This document shows positions 28,002 through 36,334 of a stretch of 64,000 nt of DNA, piece after piece. The notes below the pieces were generated by a model. That model did no database searches and was not told the DNA's origin. It was given only the letters and a program-made list of their open reading frames with translations. Positions within the stretch are counted from its first letter, which is position 1, and every line of letters begins with the position of its first letter. The stretch covers positions 620 to 64,619 of the forward strand of contig DATCPH010000166.1 of assembly GCA_036570185.1 (NCBI GenBank). The letters are read 5' to 3'. The translations under genes and the position numbers were made by a program. The DNA comes from Candidatus Limnocylindrales bacterium (lineage in GTDB: Bacteria > Chloroflexota > Limnocylindria > Limnocylindrales > CSP1-4).

Positions 28002-28643
28002 CTATGCGGGGTGCTTCGTTTTGGATGCGATTCGTGAGGGCCGCGACTGCCGAGCCTCGGCCTCCTCGGCGGCCCGCGCAAGGACCCACAGGAAATCGGC
28101 GAGCCGGTTCAAATACGGTAGCAGGTGCCGGCCGGGAACCAGGCCGGCCCGGTCCAGCGCAACGGCGCGCCGCTCCGCGCGGCGCAGGATCGTTCGCGCG
28201 AGCTCCAGCGCGGCACTGGTGACGGATTCACCCGGAACGACGAATTCATTGGGCATGGTCACGTGCTTCTCGAGCTCCACCAGGAGCGTTTCGACGTCTT
28301 CAACCATGGCCGGGCCGACGCGCGTCCGCCCGTCCTCGAGGCGGTCCCAGGCGTCCGGATTGGTCGCCAGCTCCGCCCCGACGACGAAGAGGTCGCGCTG
28401 TATCCGAAGGATCGTGTCCTCGATGCCGGCGAGGTTCGGCGGCAGGGTCCCGTGCTGGCGCTTGAGGTCGAGCTCGGCGCGAGCCAGGCCGAGGGCCGCG
28501 ACCGCTTCATCGATCGTGCCGTAGGCCTCGGTGCGGAGGTCGTCCTTGGCGATCCGCTCGCCGCCATACAGAAGCCCGGTCGTCCCGTCGTCGCCACGCC
28601 CCGTGGCAACGCTCGAATCGATCTTCCGCCGGTCAGCAGCCAC
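28002..28643 (-). CDS. PduO-type ATP:cob(I)alamin adenosyltransferase
   Basis: The N-terminal KIDSSVATGRGDDGTTGLLYG signature is present. Confidence 0.8.
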   Translation of the reverse strand: MAADRRKIDSSVATGRGDDGTTGLLYGGERIAKDDLRTEAYGTIDEAVAALGLARAELDLKRQHGTLPPNLAGIEDTILRIQRDLFVVGAELATNPDAWDRLEDGRTRVGPAMVEDVETLLVELEKHVTMPNEFVVPGESVTSAALELARTILRRAERRAVALDRAGLVPGRHLLPYLNRLADFLWVLARAAEEAEARQSRPSRIASKTKHPA

Positions 28644-28666
28644 GCGTTAAAGGTACGTCGAGTCCC

Positions 28667-29050
28667 TCACCACATGAGGCCCGCGTCGCGCGGATCCCAT
28701 CGCTCAGCTAATAGCGTGATCTTCACTGGGTGATCGACGACCGATTCCGCCTGTTCCTTGACCTGCTGGATCATCGACCCGGCGTAGGGGCAGAACGGCG
28801 TGGTGAGGATCATCTTGATCTCGGATTCGTCCTTGCCGAGGATGACCTGCTTGATCAGGGCAAGCTCGACGACGTTCATCCCGATCTCGGGATCGACCAC
28901 CGCTCGCAGCGCGTCGAGGATCGCTAGCTCGGTGGCCCGGCGTTCGGCGTCGAAGAGGGGCGCCGCCGCTCCAGGCTCGCCGGTCGTGGTTTCCGAGGTG
29001 CTTGCCGTCGTGGGGCGTGCCTCTTCGGTAGTGCTGACGGTGTCGGTCAT
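28667..29050 (-). CDS. SufT/DUF59 (MIP18-family) Fe-S assembly factor
   Basis: DUF59 core motifs are present (VVDPEIG, TTPFCPYAG). The start at MTDTV was chosen. Confidence 0.7.
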   Translation of the reverse strand: MTDTVSTTEEARPTTASTSETTTGEPGAAAPLFDAERRATELAILDALRAVVDPEIGMNVVELALIKQVILGKDESEIKMILTTPFCPYAGSMIQQVKEQAESVVDHPVKITLLAERWDPRDAGLMW

Positions 29051-29155
29051 GAACGGGAAGATCTCCGGTGCGTGCTCAGAGACTACCACCGGCCGCCGAA
29101 ACGCCCGGACGCCGACGGCTCCGGAGGACGAATCGCGCCGAGCGACAGCCGCGTC

Positions 29156-29494
29156 TCAGCCGAGCGCCATCTCCGGCCTGGCCGCCTTGATCACCACGCC
29201 CGTGACCCGGTACTGCTCCGGCAGGCCGGCGGCCTCGTCCTCCGTATAGCCCGGGCCGGCCAGCGAGCCATCGGGCTCGAAGAACTCGGCGTAGGCCTCG
29301 CGGTGGTTTGCGGCGTAGACGTAGGCGGCGGCAATGCCCATCGTCCGGAGCTCGGGGTGGTCGGTCAAGATCCGGAGCCGGTTGTAGCCGCTGCGGCGAA
29401 GCTCCAGGAGCTGGCGGACGGTGAGCCGCGAGCCGTAGCAGAACGGCTCGCCGTTCATGACGAGCGGATCGACCTGGACCCACTTGACGGTCAT
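29156..29494 (-). CDS. DUF433 domain protein
   Basis: The DUF433 core is present (PLVMNGEPFCYGSRLTVRQLLELRRSG). The start at MTVKW was chosen. The Arg/Ser-rich upstream extension is rejected. Confidence 0.6.
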   Translation of the reverse strand: MTVKWVQVDPLVMNGEPFCYGSRLTVRQLLELRRSGYNRLRILTDHPELRTMGIAAAYVYAANHREAYAEFFEPDGSLAGPGYTEDEAAGLPEQYRVTGVVIKAARPEMALG

Positions 29495-29495
29495 C

Positions 29496-29978
29496 TCAGG
29501 CGCCCTTGTAGATGAACGCCAGAAGCCTGTTGCGCTTGCGAGCGTCGCCGGCGATGCGGCGGGTGTTGGCGAACGTCTTGATGGCTTCGTCGATGGCCAC
29601 GTGGACCGGCGCAACGTCGCTGGGCGGGAGAAAGGCCACCAGGACCCGCCGAACGGCTTCCGCGATCGTGATCAGGTCGTCCATCGGCACATGACGCCGT
29701 CGGAAGACCGGACCGACCCAGTACGCCCACTCGCTGGCGAATTCGGGGTCGTTTGTGGCGACTGCGAGCGCGACGCGGTCGATCATCGATCCGGTGTCGC
29801 GCAGGAGCCGGCGCAGCCCGATTTCGTCGTAACGGTCGCGGAAGGTCGGGTCGGCTTCGACCGCGGCTTCGAACGCCCGCGTCGCGAGCCGGTCCCGGTG
29901 CGCTCGAATCGCCTCGGCGGCGGCGGGCGAGCCGGCCTTCTCATCGGGTGGCGGGAGGCCGAGGCTGGGGTGGCTCAC
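29496..29978 (-). CDS. Hypothetical alpha-helical protein, immediately upstream of the DUF433 gene
   Basis: A 160-aa ORF whose composition does not look like antisense Arg-rich noise. Its stop is 2 nt from the DUF433 start. Confidence 0.45.
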   Translation of the reverse strand: MSHPSLGLPPPDEKAGSPAAAEAIRAHRDRLATRAFEAAVEADPTFRDRYDEIGLRRLLRDTGSMIDRVALAVATNDPEFASEWAYWVGPVFRRRHVPMDDLITIAEAVRRVLVAFLPPSDVAPVHVAIDEAIKTFANTRRIAGDARKRNRLLAFIYKGA

Positions 29979-30042
29979 GGATTCGAGTCTATCGGATCGG
30001 AGGATCCCCAGCCCTTACCGTCGCATCGATCTGAGATCACTT

Positions 30043-30408
30043 TCATCGATTCGCCGAGCGTCTTGCGGTCTCGGGCTGAACCCCGCCCGACTCGCCGACG
30101 AACGGCATCTGCTGGCGATCGACTGCGTCGAGGCTCATTCTCAGGACCGCGAGCTTGGCCTCGGCGACATCGCGGACGTAGTCCCATTCCTCATCGGGCG
30201 ACATCGGTCGCCCGCGCACGATGTTCTTCGACTTCCCCACGTTGAGCCAGGCCAGGTGGTAGCGGTCCATGCTGCCCCACGCCGCCGTCAGGAGGTCGTC
30301 CGAGAGCTGCAGCCAGGTCCGAAACGCGGCCAGGGATGGAGCGGCCGTCAGCCGCTCTCCCTCGTCGATGAGCTGCTGCGTCCGGTCGATGAGTTCCTGA
30401 CGTTTCAC
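30043..30408 (-). CDS. Hypothetical protein, about 121 aa
   Basis: This is the C-terminal 121 codons of a longer track ORF. The composition is non-repetitive. A putative GTG start lies 31 nt downstream of the pabC stop. Support is weak. Confidence 0.3.
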   Translation of the reverse strand: MKRQELIDRTQQLIDEGERLTAAPSLAAFRTWLQLSDDLLTAAWGSMDRYHLAWLNVGKSKNIVRGRPMSPDEEWDYVRDVAEAKLAVLRMSLDAVDRQQMPFVGESGGVQPETARRSANR

Positions 30409-30439
30409 GACCCGCCCCGGGAACTCACGGCGCGGGCAC

Positions 30440-31330
30440 TCACGAGGCCGGCCCCGCGCGCACGAACGTCTCGCGATCCTCCCTGGCCCGCAGGGTCCAG
30501 GGCCCGGGCAGCCCCGCGCCGATCTCGTGACCCTCGAACCGTGTGACCGGGAGGATCCCGGCGACGCTGCTGGAGAGGAACGCCTCCTCGGCCTCGGCCA
30601 GGTCGCGCGTGGTGAGCAGGCCCTCGTGGCTCGCAAGTCCGGAGCGCCCCGCCCATCCGAGGATCCATGAACGCGTCGTCCCGGGCAGGATCGCGCAGTC
30701 AAGTGACGGCGTCGCAAGCTCGCCATCGCGGACCAGAAAGACGTTGGCTGAGGTCGCCTCCGAGACGTACCCATCGGTCGTGAGGAAGATCGCCTCGTCC
30801 GCGCCGACGCGCCGAGCCTCCAGCCTGGCGTAGACGTAATCGGCACGACTCGTCGTCTTGAGGTGGGCAAGGGGATTCTCCGGGTCGCGTCGAACGGAGC
30901 TCGCCACGACGTGCAATCCCACCTCGAGATGACTGCGGGGCGGCGGGACGACAGGCCACGCCTGGATGGCGATCGTTGCCGGGGCGGTCTCGTCCTGCGG
31001 CAGGAGCCCGCGCGCCATGAACGCCCCACGCGAGACCGTGATCCGGATCGATGCATCGCTGGTCACGCTTGCGAGCCCTTCGGCATCGAGGAGTGTGGCA
31101 ATTCCCACCTCGAGTGTCGTCTCGAACATGTCCGGCAGGACAATGGCCAACGCGCCCGCACTCGACTGGAGGCGCGCAAGATGCTCGACGAGCTCGATCG
31201 GATGGCCGGCCCGGGCGCGGAGCGTCTCGAAGACTCCGTCGCCGAGCTGGAAGCCGCGATCGAAGACCGAGAGGTGCGGTCCGTCGGCCGGCAACAGGCG
31301 ACCGTTGACCCAGACGTGTTGGGGTGCCAT
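30440..31330 (-). CDS. Class IV aminotransferase-fold enzyme (aminodeoxychorismate lyase PabC / BCAT-like)
   Basis: Fold IV PLP motifs are present (FETLRA, EATSANVF, AFLSSS). The start at MAPQHVWVNG was chosen. Confidence 0.75.
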   Translation of the reverse strand: MAPQHVWVNGRLLPADGPHLSVFDRGFQLGDGVFETLRARAGHPIELVEHLARLQSSAGALAIVLPDMFETTLEVGIATLLDAEGLASVTSDASIRITVSRGAFMARGLLPQDETAPATIAIQAWPVVPPPRSHLEVGLHVVASSVRRDPENPLAHLKTTSRADYVYARLEARRVGADEAIFLTTDGYVSEATSANVFLVRDGELATPSLDCAILPGTTRSWILGWAGRSGLASHEGLLTTRDLAEAEEAFLSSSVAGILPVTRFEGHEIGAGLPGPWTLRAREDRETFVRAGPAS

Positions 31331-31397
31331 CTCGAGGATTATCGTCCGAGCCGACCCCTCGCCGGACGCTGCGGCCCCTGCGTGGAATAATTCGCGG

Positions 31398-34300
31398 ATG
31401 GTCGCCTCCGGCGCCTCGAAGCTCGAGGCGGAGCCACCCTTCCCGCTCGGTGCCGCGGCGCTCTCAGAAGACGACGTCCTCCACCCGTTCACTCAGCCTC
31501 AGTGCTCCCTCGCCGTCCAGCTGCGGCGGGCGACCGGTGCGGTCGTCGGGCGTCCCGTCGAGTTGGAGGCGATCGACCAGGAGCTCGATTCCGGACGCAG
31601 GCATCTTGCGGCGGTCACGCTCGAGGGTGAGCCCGGGATCGGCAAGACGCGCCTGCTGGTTGCCGCGTCCGAGATCGCCGCCCGCAAGGAATTCACGTGC
31701 GTCGCCGTCACGGCCGATGAGGAGATCCGCGGACCGTTCCTGGTGGCCCAGAGCATCTTCGCCGCACCCGCCTTGCGGGCGGCAGTCGGGGGCACGCCAG
31801 CCGGCGAGGCAGTCGACCGTGCCTCGAACGCCATCTCGGGTCGCGACGAGGCCGGCTTCGAGGCGCTCCCGCCCGAGGGCAAGCTGCTCCGAACGTTCGA
31901 TCTGGCCTCCATCGCGCTCGCGCAGGCGGCCTCGGTCCAACCTCTGGCGCTCCTGATCGACGACGTGCAGTGGGCGGACGACGACACCCTCCGCATGCTC
32001 CGCTACGTCGCTCGGACCGACTCCGACCGTCCGATCTTCCTGCTGCTCGCAATCCGCCCAGATGAGGTCGCGTCGGTGACGGAGGCGGTGAACCTGATCG
32101 CCGATATGGAGCGGATGGGGCTGGTGCGCCGTCTGCGCCTTGGACGGTTCAACCAGCTCGAGACCGCCGAGCTCTGTCGCCGTGTTCTCGGCGCGACCAT
32201 TGAGCCGGCCTCGGCAGCAACACTTCACGCACAGGCGGAGGGGGTCCCATTCATCGTCGAGGAGCTGACTCGCACATACCGCGAGAACGGCATGCTCCAA
32301 CAGGTCGACGGCGTTTGGACACTGGCTCGCAACGCCGGCCGGCTGGTCCCGTCCGCCGTCCGAACCCTCATTCAGCGGCGGGCGGCTCGGTTGCCACAGG
32401 AAACCCGGGATGCGATGGGCGACGCGGCCCTGCTCGGACGGAGCTTCAGCCTTCGCGATCTGGGAGCCATCCGGCTTCGACTCGACGGATCAGAGGCTGC
32501 GCCCGGGCTGCTTGCCGAGGCGCTTGCTCCGGCCGCAGGAGCAGGCCTCCTGTTGGAACATCCGGAGAGCTCCGCTGCCGATTACACCTTCAGCCACGAG
32601 CAGGTCCGGGACTTCGCGATCGCAGGCCTGCCGCAGGCTCGCCGGCGCGCGGTACACGCCGCCATCGTCGAGCTCCTCGCGGGTGACGGCGAGCCTGCGC
32701 CTGCCAGTCTGCCGCTCCTCGCTCAGCATGCCCTGGCCGCCGGCGATCCTGAGCGGGCCGCCCGATTCTCGATCGAAGCCGCGCACGTCGCTCTCCAGTC
32801 GAACGCGCCTGAGGAAGCTCTCCGGATCGTGGAGCAGGCATTGCCCATCGTGTCGACGTCCCAGGAACGGCGAACGCTGCTCACCGCACGAGACGATGCC
32901 TATGCGGTCCTCCGCCGGGCGGCCGACCGGCTGGATGGATTGGCCGAGCTTGGAGCGCTCGCGGAGGCCCTGCGAGACTCCCATTTCGAGCTGGACGTCA
33001 TGCTCCGAAGGTCTGCCGCCCTGCGGCTCGCCGCCGAGCCGGATTCAGCAGCCGCGCTCGCCCGGCGCGTCCGGGGCCTGGCTGCCGAGCGCGGCGATGT
33101 GGCGGCGGAACTCGCGGCCTGCCTCGAGCTTGGCCAGGCGCTCCTTCGCTCGCCGCTCGGCGAGGGCTTTGGATCAGCCTCTGGCGAAGCCGACCTCGAT
33201 GGGGCCGAGGAAGCCTACCGCCGGGCCGCGGAGTTGGCCACCGAGCTCGGGGACGAGCGCGGCGTCGCGGCCGCGATCCGCGAGGTTGCGATGATTCTGC
33301 TGTCACGGGTGCGGGAATGGTTCGGCGAACAACTCCGTGCCGGGCGCGCGATGGAATTCGGCCAGCGACTCGCAGGCGGCGAGCAGCTCGACGACATGCT
33401 CCTGACCTTCCCGATCGCTCCGATGGTGGGCGAGATCAAGGGCCTCCTGGACAAGGCCCTCGGTATCTACGAGCGCCTCGGCGACCGGCGAGGTGTCATG
33501 TCCACCGTCATCGCCATGGCCTACACGAACTACGCCCCCATCATCCATTTCGCCTCGTCGGCTCGCCACATCGAGGAGATCCGGCGGGTGACGTCCCGCC
33601 TTTCATCGATGGTGACGGAAAGCGAGCGCGCCCGGCTCGAGTTGCAGATGCTCTACGGAGTCCACGTCTTCGCCCGGGCCAAGATCGTGCCGGACCTCGA
33701 GTTGGCCCGCGGCGAAGAGGCCTACCGCTCCGCCCAGATGGTGGGCGACCGCACGATCGAATTCCTGGCGGCGGGCGGAATGGCGCTCGCTCACATGGGT
33801 CTCGGCGAGATGGCGGAGGCGGAGGGCTGGCTGACTCGTGCCGGAAACGCGGCGGCGGTCGCGCCGACGACGGTCCGGGCGCGGCAGCTCGAAACCTGGC
33901 GCGGCATGGCCCGGGCTGCGGCTGGTGACGCGGCCGGCATGCGGAACCACCTCGAGCGCGCAGTCAAGATGGCCACGGATCAGGGAAACGCGGCCGCCCG
34001 ATGCGAGTCGCTGGCCCGATTGGCCATCGAATCCGCGCGGCTCGGCGCGCGGCTCCATGACGAGGAACTGCTGGCGCTGGCGGAACGCTCGGCGCTCGAG
34101 GCCAAGGAGTTGACGACCCTTCTCCCCGGACATGCACCGTGGGGCCCGCAGGCAGACGCAGCCCTTGCCGAAGTCGCGCTCGCCCGAAACCAGCCGGAGC
34201 GAGCCGTCGCCGCGGCAGGATCGGCGATCCAGGCCTTCCAGGAGGCGCTGCACGAGGACGTCAACCTGGACGTTCTGCTGATCGCCACTCGGGCCATCCT

Positions 34301-34694
34301 CGCGGGCGGTCCCCCGGATCTGCAGGCGATGATGCGCGGCTGGCTCCGCAGCATCCTTGCCGGGATCGCCCAGCGGACCATCGACGAAGACGTCCGGGTT
34401 CGCTGGATGCGGGGACCGCTGGGCCGCGAGCTCGTGGAATTGGCCGGCTCGCTGGATGGCCTCCAGACGGAACCGAGCAGCGACGGCCAGCCGGACGCGA
34501 TCGCCAACCTCGACGAAGAGGAGCGACGCCTGCTGCAGCTGCTCGCCGCCGGCAACACGAACCGGGAGATCGGGGCGGCCCTCGAGCTCTCGCCGGAAAC
34601 CGTTGCCCAGCAACTGGCCGGTCTCTTTGCCAAGATCGGCGCGTCGTCGCGAGCCGAGGCTACGTCGTTCGCGTTCCGGGGGCACCTCGTTTGA
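31398..34694 (+). CDS. LuxR-family large ATP-binding regulator (LAL: AAA/STAND + TPR-like + C-terminal LuxR HTH)
   Basis: A P-loop (GEPGIGKTRLL) is present. A long helical repeat region follows. The C-terminal HTH is LQLLAAGNTNREIGAALELSPETVAQQLAGLFAKIG. The start at 31398 is chosen downstream of the divergent pabC. The 5' 430 nt of the track ORF is rejected. Confidence 0.8.
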   Translation: MVASGASKLEAEPPFPLGAAALSEDDVLHPFTQPQCSLAVQLRRATGAVVGRPVELEAIDQELDSGRRHLAAVTLEGEPGIGKTRLLVAASEIAARKEFTCVAVTADEEIRGPFLVAQSIFAAPALRAAVGGTPAGEAVDRASNAISGRDEAGFEALPPEGKLLRTFDLASIALAQAASVQPLALLIDDVQWADDDTLRMLRYVARTDSDRPIFLLLAIRPDEVASVTEAVNLIADMERMGLVRRLRLGRFNQLETAELCRRVLGATIEPASAATLHAQAEGVPFIVEELTRTYRENGMLQQVDGVWTLARNAGRLVPSAVRTLIQRRAARLPQETRDAMGDAALLGRSFSLRDLGAIRLRLDGSEAAPGLLAEALAPAAGAGLLLEHPESSAADYTFSHEQVRDFAIAGLPQARRRAVHAAIVELLAGDGEPAPASLPLLAQHALAAGDPERAARFSIEAAHVALQSNAPEEALRIVEQALPIVSTSQERRTLLTARDDAYAVLRRAADRLDGLAELGALAEALRDSHFELDVMLRRSAALRLAAEPDSAAALARRVRGLAAERGDVAAELAACLELGQALLRSPLGEGFGSASGEADLDGAEEAYRRAAELATELGDERGVAAAIREVAMILLSRVREWFGEQLRAGRAMEFGQRLAGGEQLDDMLLTFPIAPMVGEIKGLLDKALGIYERLGDRRGVMSTVIAMAYTNYAPIIHFASSARHIEEIRRVTSRLSSMVTESERARLELQMLYGVHVFARAKIVPDLELARGEEAYRSAQMVGDRTIEFLAAGGMALAHMGLGEMAEAEGWLTRAGNAAAVAPTTVRARQLETWRGMARAAAGDAAGMRNHLERAVKMATDQGNAAARCESLARLAIESARLGARLHDEELLALAERSALEAKELTTLLPGHAPWGPQADAALAEVALARNQPERAVAAAGSAIQAFQEALHEDVNLDVLLIATRAILAGGPPDLQAMMRGWLRSILAGIAQRTIDEDVRVRWMRGPLGRELVELAGSLDGLQTEPSSDGQPDAIANLDEEERRLLQLLAAGNTNREIGAALELSPETVAQQLAGLFAKIGASSRAEATSFAFRGHLV

Positions 34695-35431
34695 GCACGA
34701 TCCGGACCCGGGTCGACCGCCACAAGTGCATCGGCGCCGGGAACTGCATCACGATCGCCCCGACCGCGTTCGACTGGTTGCGAGGCGATTTCGGCAAGGC
34801 CGATGTCGTAGGTGCGGACACCGTCGAGGAGGAGCTCCTGCGGGAAGCGGCGCTCGCCTGCCCGACCGGTGCGATCGAGATCGAAGAGATCGAGGAGCTG
34901 CTGCCCTGGCAGCTGCGAGGCAGGAGCGGACCGACCCGACGCGTCCTCAAGACCTTCATGTTCACGGATATCGTCGGCTCGACGAACCTCGTGGAAGCCC
35001 TCGGCGACGAAGCGTGGGAGACCCTCCTGCGCTGGCACGATCAAACGCTTCGGAGCACGTTCGTGGCCCACCAGGGGCAGGAGGTCGTGGCCACCGGCGA
35101 TGGATTCTTCGTCGGATTTGACTCGCCTGAGGCGGCCGCAGCGTGCGCCGTGGCGATCCAGCGCGGACTCGCCGATCACCGAAAGCAGCACGGCTTCGCG
35201 CCCCAGGTCCGGATCGGGATCCACGCGTCGGACGCGACCCAGGTCGGAACCAACTTCTCCGGCAAGGGCGTCCACGAGGCTGCCCGAATCGCCGCCCTCG
35301 CGGAAGGCGGCCAGATCCTGGCCAGCTCGAGGACACTTGCCGGCACCGAGCTCTCGACGTCCGACGCGAGGATGGTCACCCTCAAGGGCATCACAGAACC
35401 GATGGAGATCGTGACGATCGAGTGGCGTTGA
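34691..35431 (+). CDS. Fusion of a single-cluster ferredoxin domain with a class III nucleotidyl cyclase domain
   Basis: The N-terminus is an FdxD-like [3Fe-4S]/[4Fe-4S] ferredoxin signature (IRTRVDRHKCIGAGNCITIAP...LACPTGAI). The C-terminal cyclase homology domain carries FTDIVGST and ATGDGFF. A TTG start overlaps the TGA of the LAL gene as TTGA. Confidence 0.75.
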   Translation: MSTIRTRVDRHKCIGAGNCITIAPTAFDWLRGDFGKADVVGADTVEEELLREAALACPTGAIEIEEIEELLPWQLRGRSGPTRRVLKTFMFTDIVGSTNLVEALGDEAWETLLRWHDQTLRSTFVAHQGQEVVATGDGFFVGFDSPEAAAACAVAIQRGLADHRKQHGFAPQVRIGIHASDATQVGTNFSGKGVHEAARIAALAEGGQILASSRTLAGTELSTSDARMVTLKGITEPMEIVTIEWR

Positions 35432-36330
35432 CCGCGACAACGTTGCCGGTGCTGACCTGGGAAGAGTCGCGACCGACGATCGATACGCTCCGCCGCTACC
35501 TTCAGATCCTGGGGAAGATCAGGCTGGCGTCGTCACCGCCCAGGGAGCACTCCTGGAATGCCGGCTTGACCGTGACTCCACGCGGCCTCACGACCGGCCT
35601 CCTCCGCCACGGTGAGGACGACTTCGAGATCGAGCTGGACATGGTCGGGCATGCCATCTCCGCTCGCACGACGCGAGGGACGCTCGGGCGCGTCGAGATC
35701 GACGGGAGCGCGTCAGTCGCGTCCGTCTACGGCGGGCTCACCGAGATGCTGGCCGCGGATGGAATTCGGCCCACCATCCGACCCGTCCCGTATGGCCTTG
35801 CCGACACGACACCGTTCCCCGAGGATCTCGCCCCGCGGCCCTATGACCCGGCCTACATCGCAGGACTCTCCGAGGCGTTGCGGTTCGGCCACGCGGCCTT
35901 CAGCAAGTTCGCCGGCCGGGCGATCGTCAAGACAAGTCCGGTCTTCTTCTTCTGGCACAGCCTCGATCTCGTCCTCACCCGCCACCTGACGCGGCCCAAC
36001 GCCACGTCCACTGACGAGCCCCAGACTGAGGAGACGATCGCATTCGGCTTCTGGCCCGGCGACCTCGATTTCCCGCAGCCGAGCTTCTACTCGTACATGA
36101 CTCCAGAGCCACCTCGGGTGGCCGAGACGGCGCTGGCCGCCGGAGGCGTCTGGGCGCCGCAGGGTGACACTCACCTTGCCCTGCTCTCCTACGAGAACAT
36201 TCGGGCAAGCGAGGATCCGCACGGGCGCCTCCTTGATTTCCTCGACGGCGCCTACCAGGCGGAGGCACGCCTGGCCGCGTGGCCGGTCGACGCGCTTCGC
36301 TCCAAATGGAGTCCGGAACCACCGCCCTGA
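35428..36330 (+). CDS. Conserved hypothetical protein (about 300 aa), translationally coupled to the ferredoxin-cyclase gene
   Basis: A TTG start overlaps the TGA of the preceding gene. The 300-aa product has a non-biased composition. No catalytic motifs were recognised. Confidence 0.55.
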   Translation: MTATTLPVLTWEESRPTIDTLRRYLQILGKIRLASSPPREHSWNAGLTVTPRGLTTGLLRHGEDDFEIELDMVGHAISARTTRGTLGRVEIDGSASVASVYGGLTEMLAADGIRPTIRPVPYGLADTTPFPEDLAPRPYDPAYIAGLSEALRFGHAAFSKFAGRAIVKTSPVFFFWHSLDLVLTRHLTRPNATSTDEPQTEETIAFGFWPGDLDFPQPSFYSYMTPEPPRVAETALAAGGVWAPQGDTHLALLSYENIRASEDPHGRLLDFLDGAYQAEARLAAWPVDALRSKWSPEPPP

Positions 36331-36334
36331 TCGT

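Noticed and set aside
30966-31397. 5' 430 nt of the 1,242-aa track ORF
   Set aside because: Antisense to pabC. The AAA/LAL homology begins near 31398.
34139-34690. 5' 550 nt of the 430-aa track ORF preceding the ferredoxin domain
   Set aside because: Overlaps the 3' end of the LAL gene out of frame and is Arg/Pro/Gly-rich. A TTG coupled to the LAL stop gives a canonical ferredoxin N-terminus.
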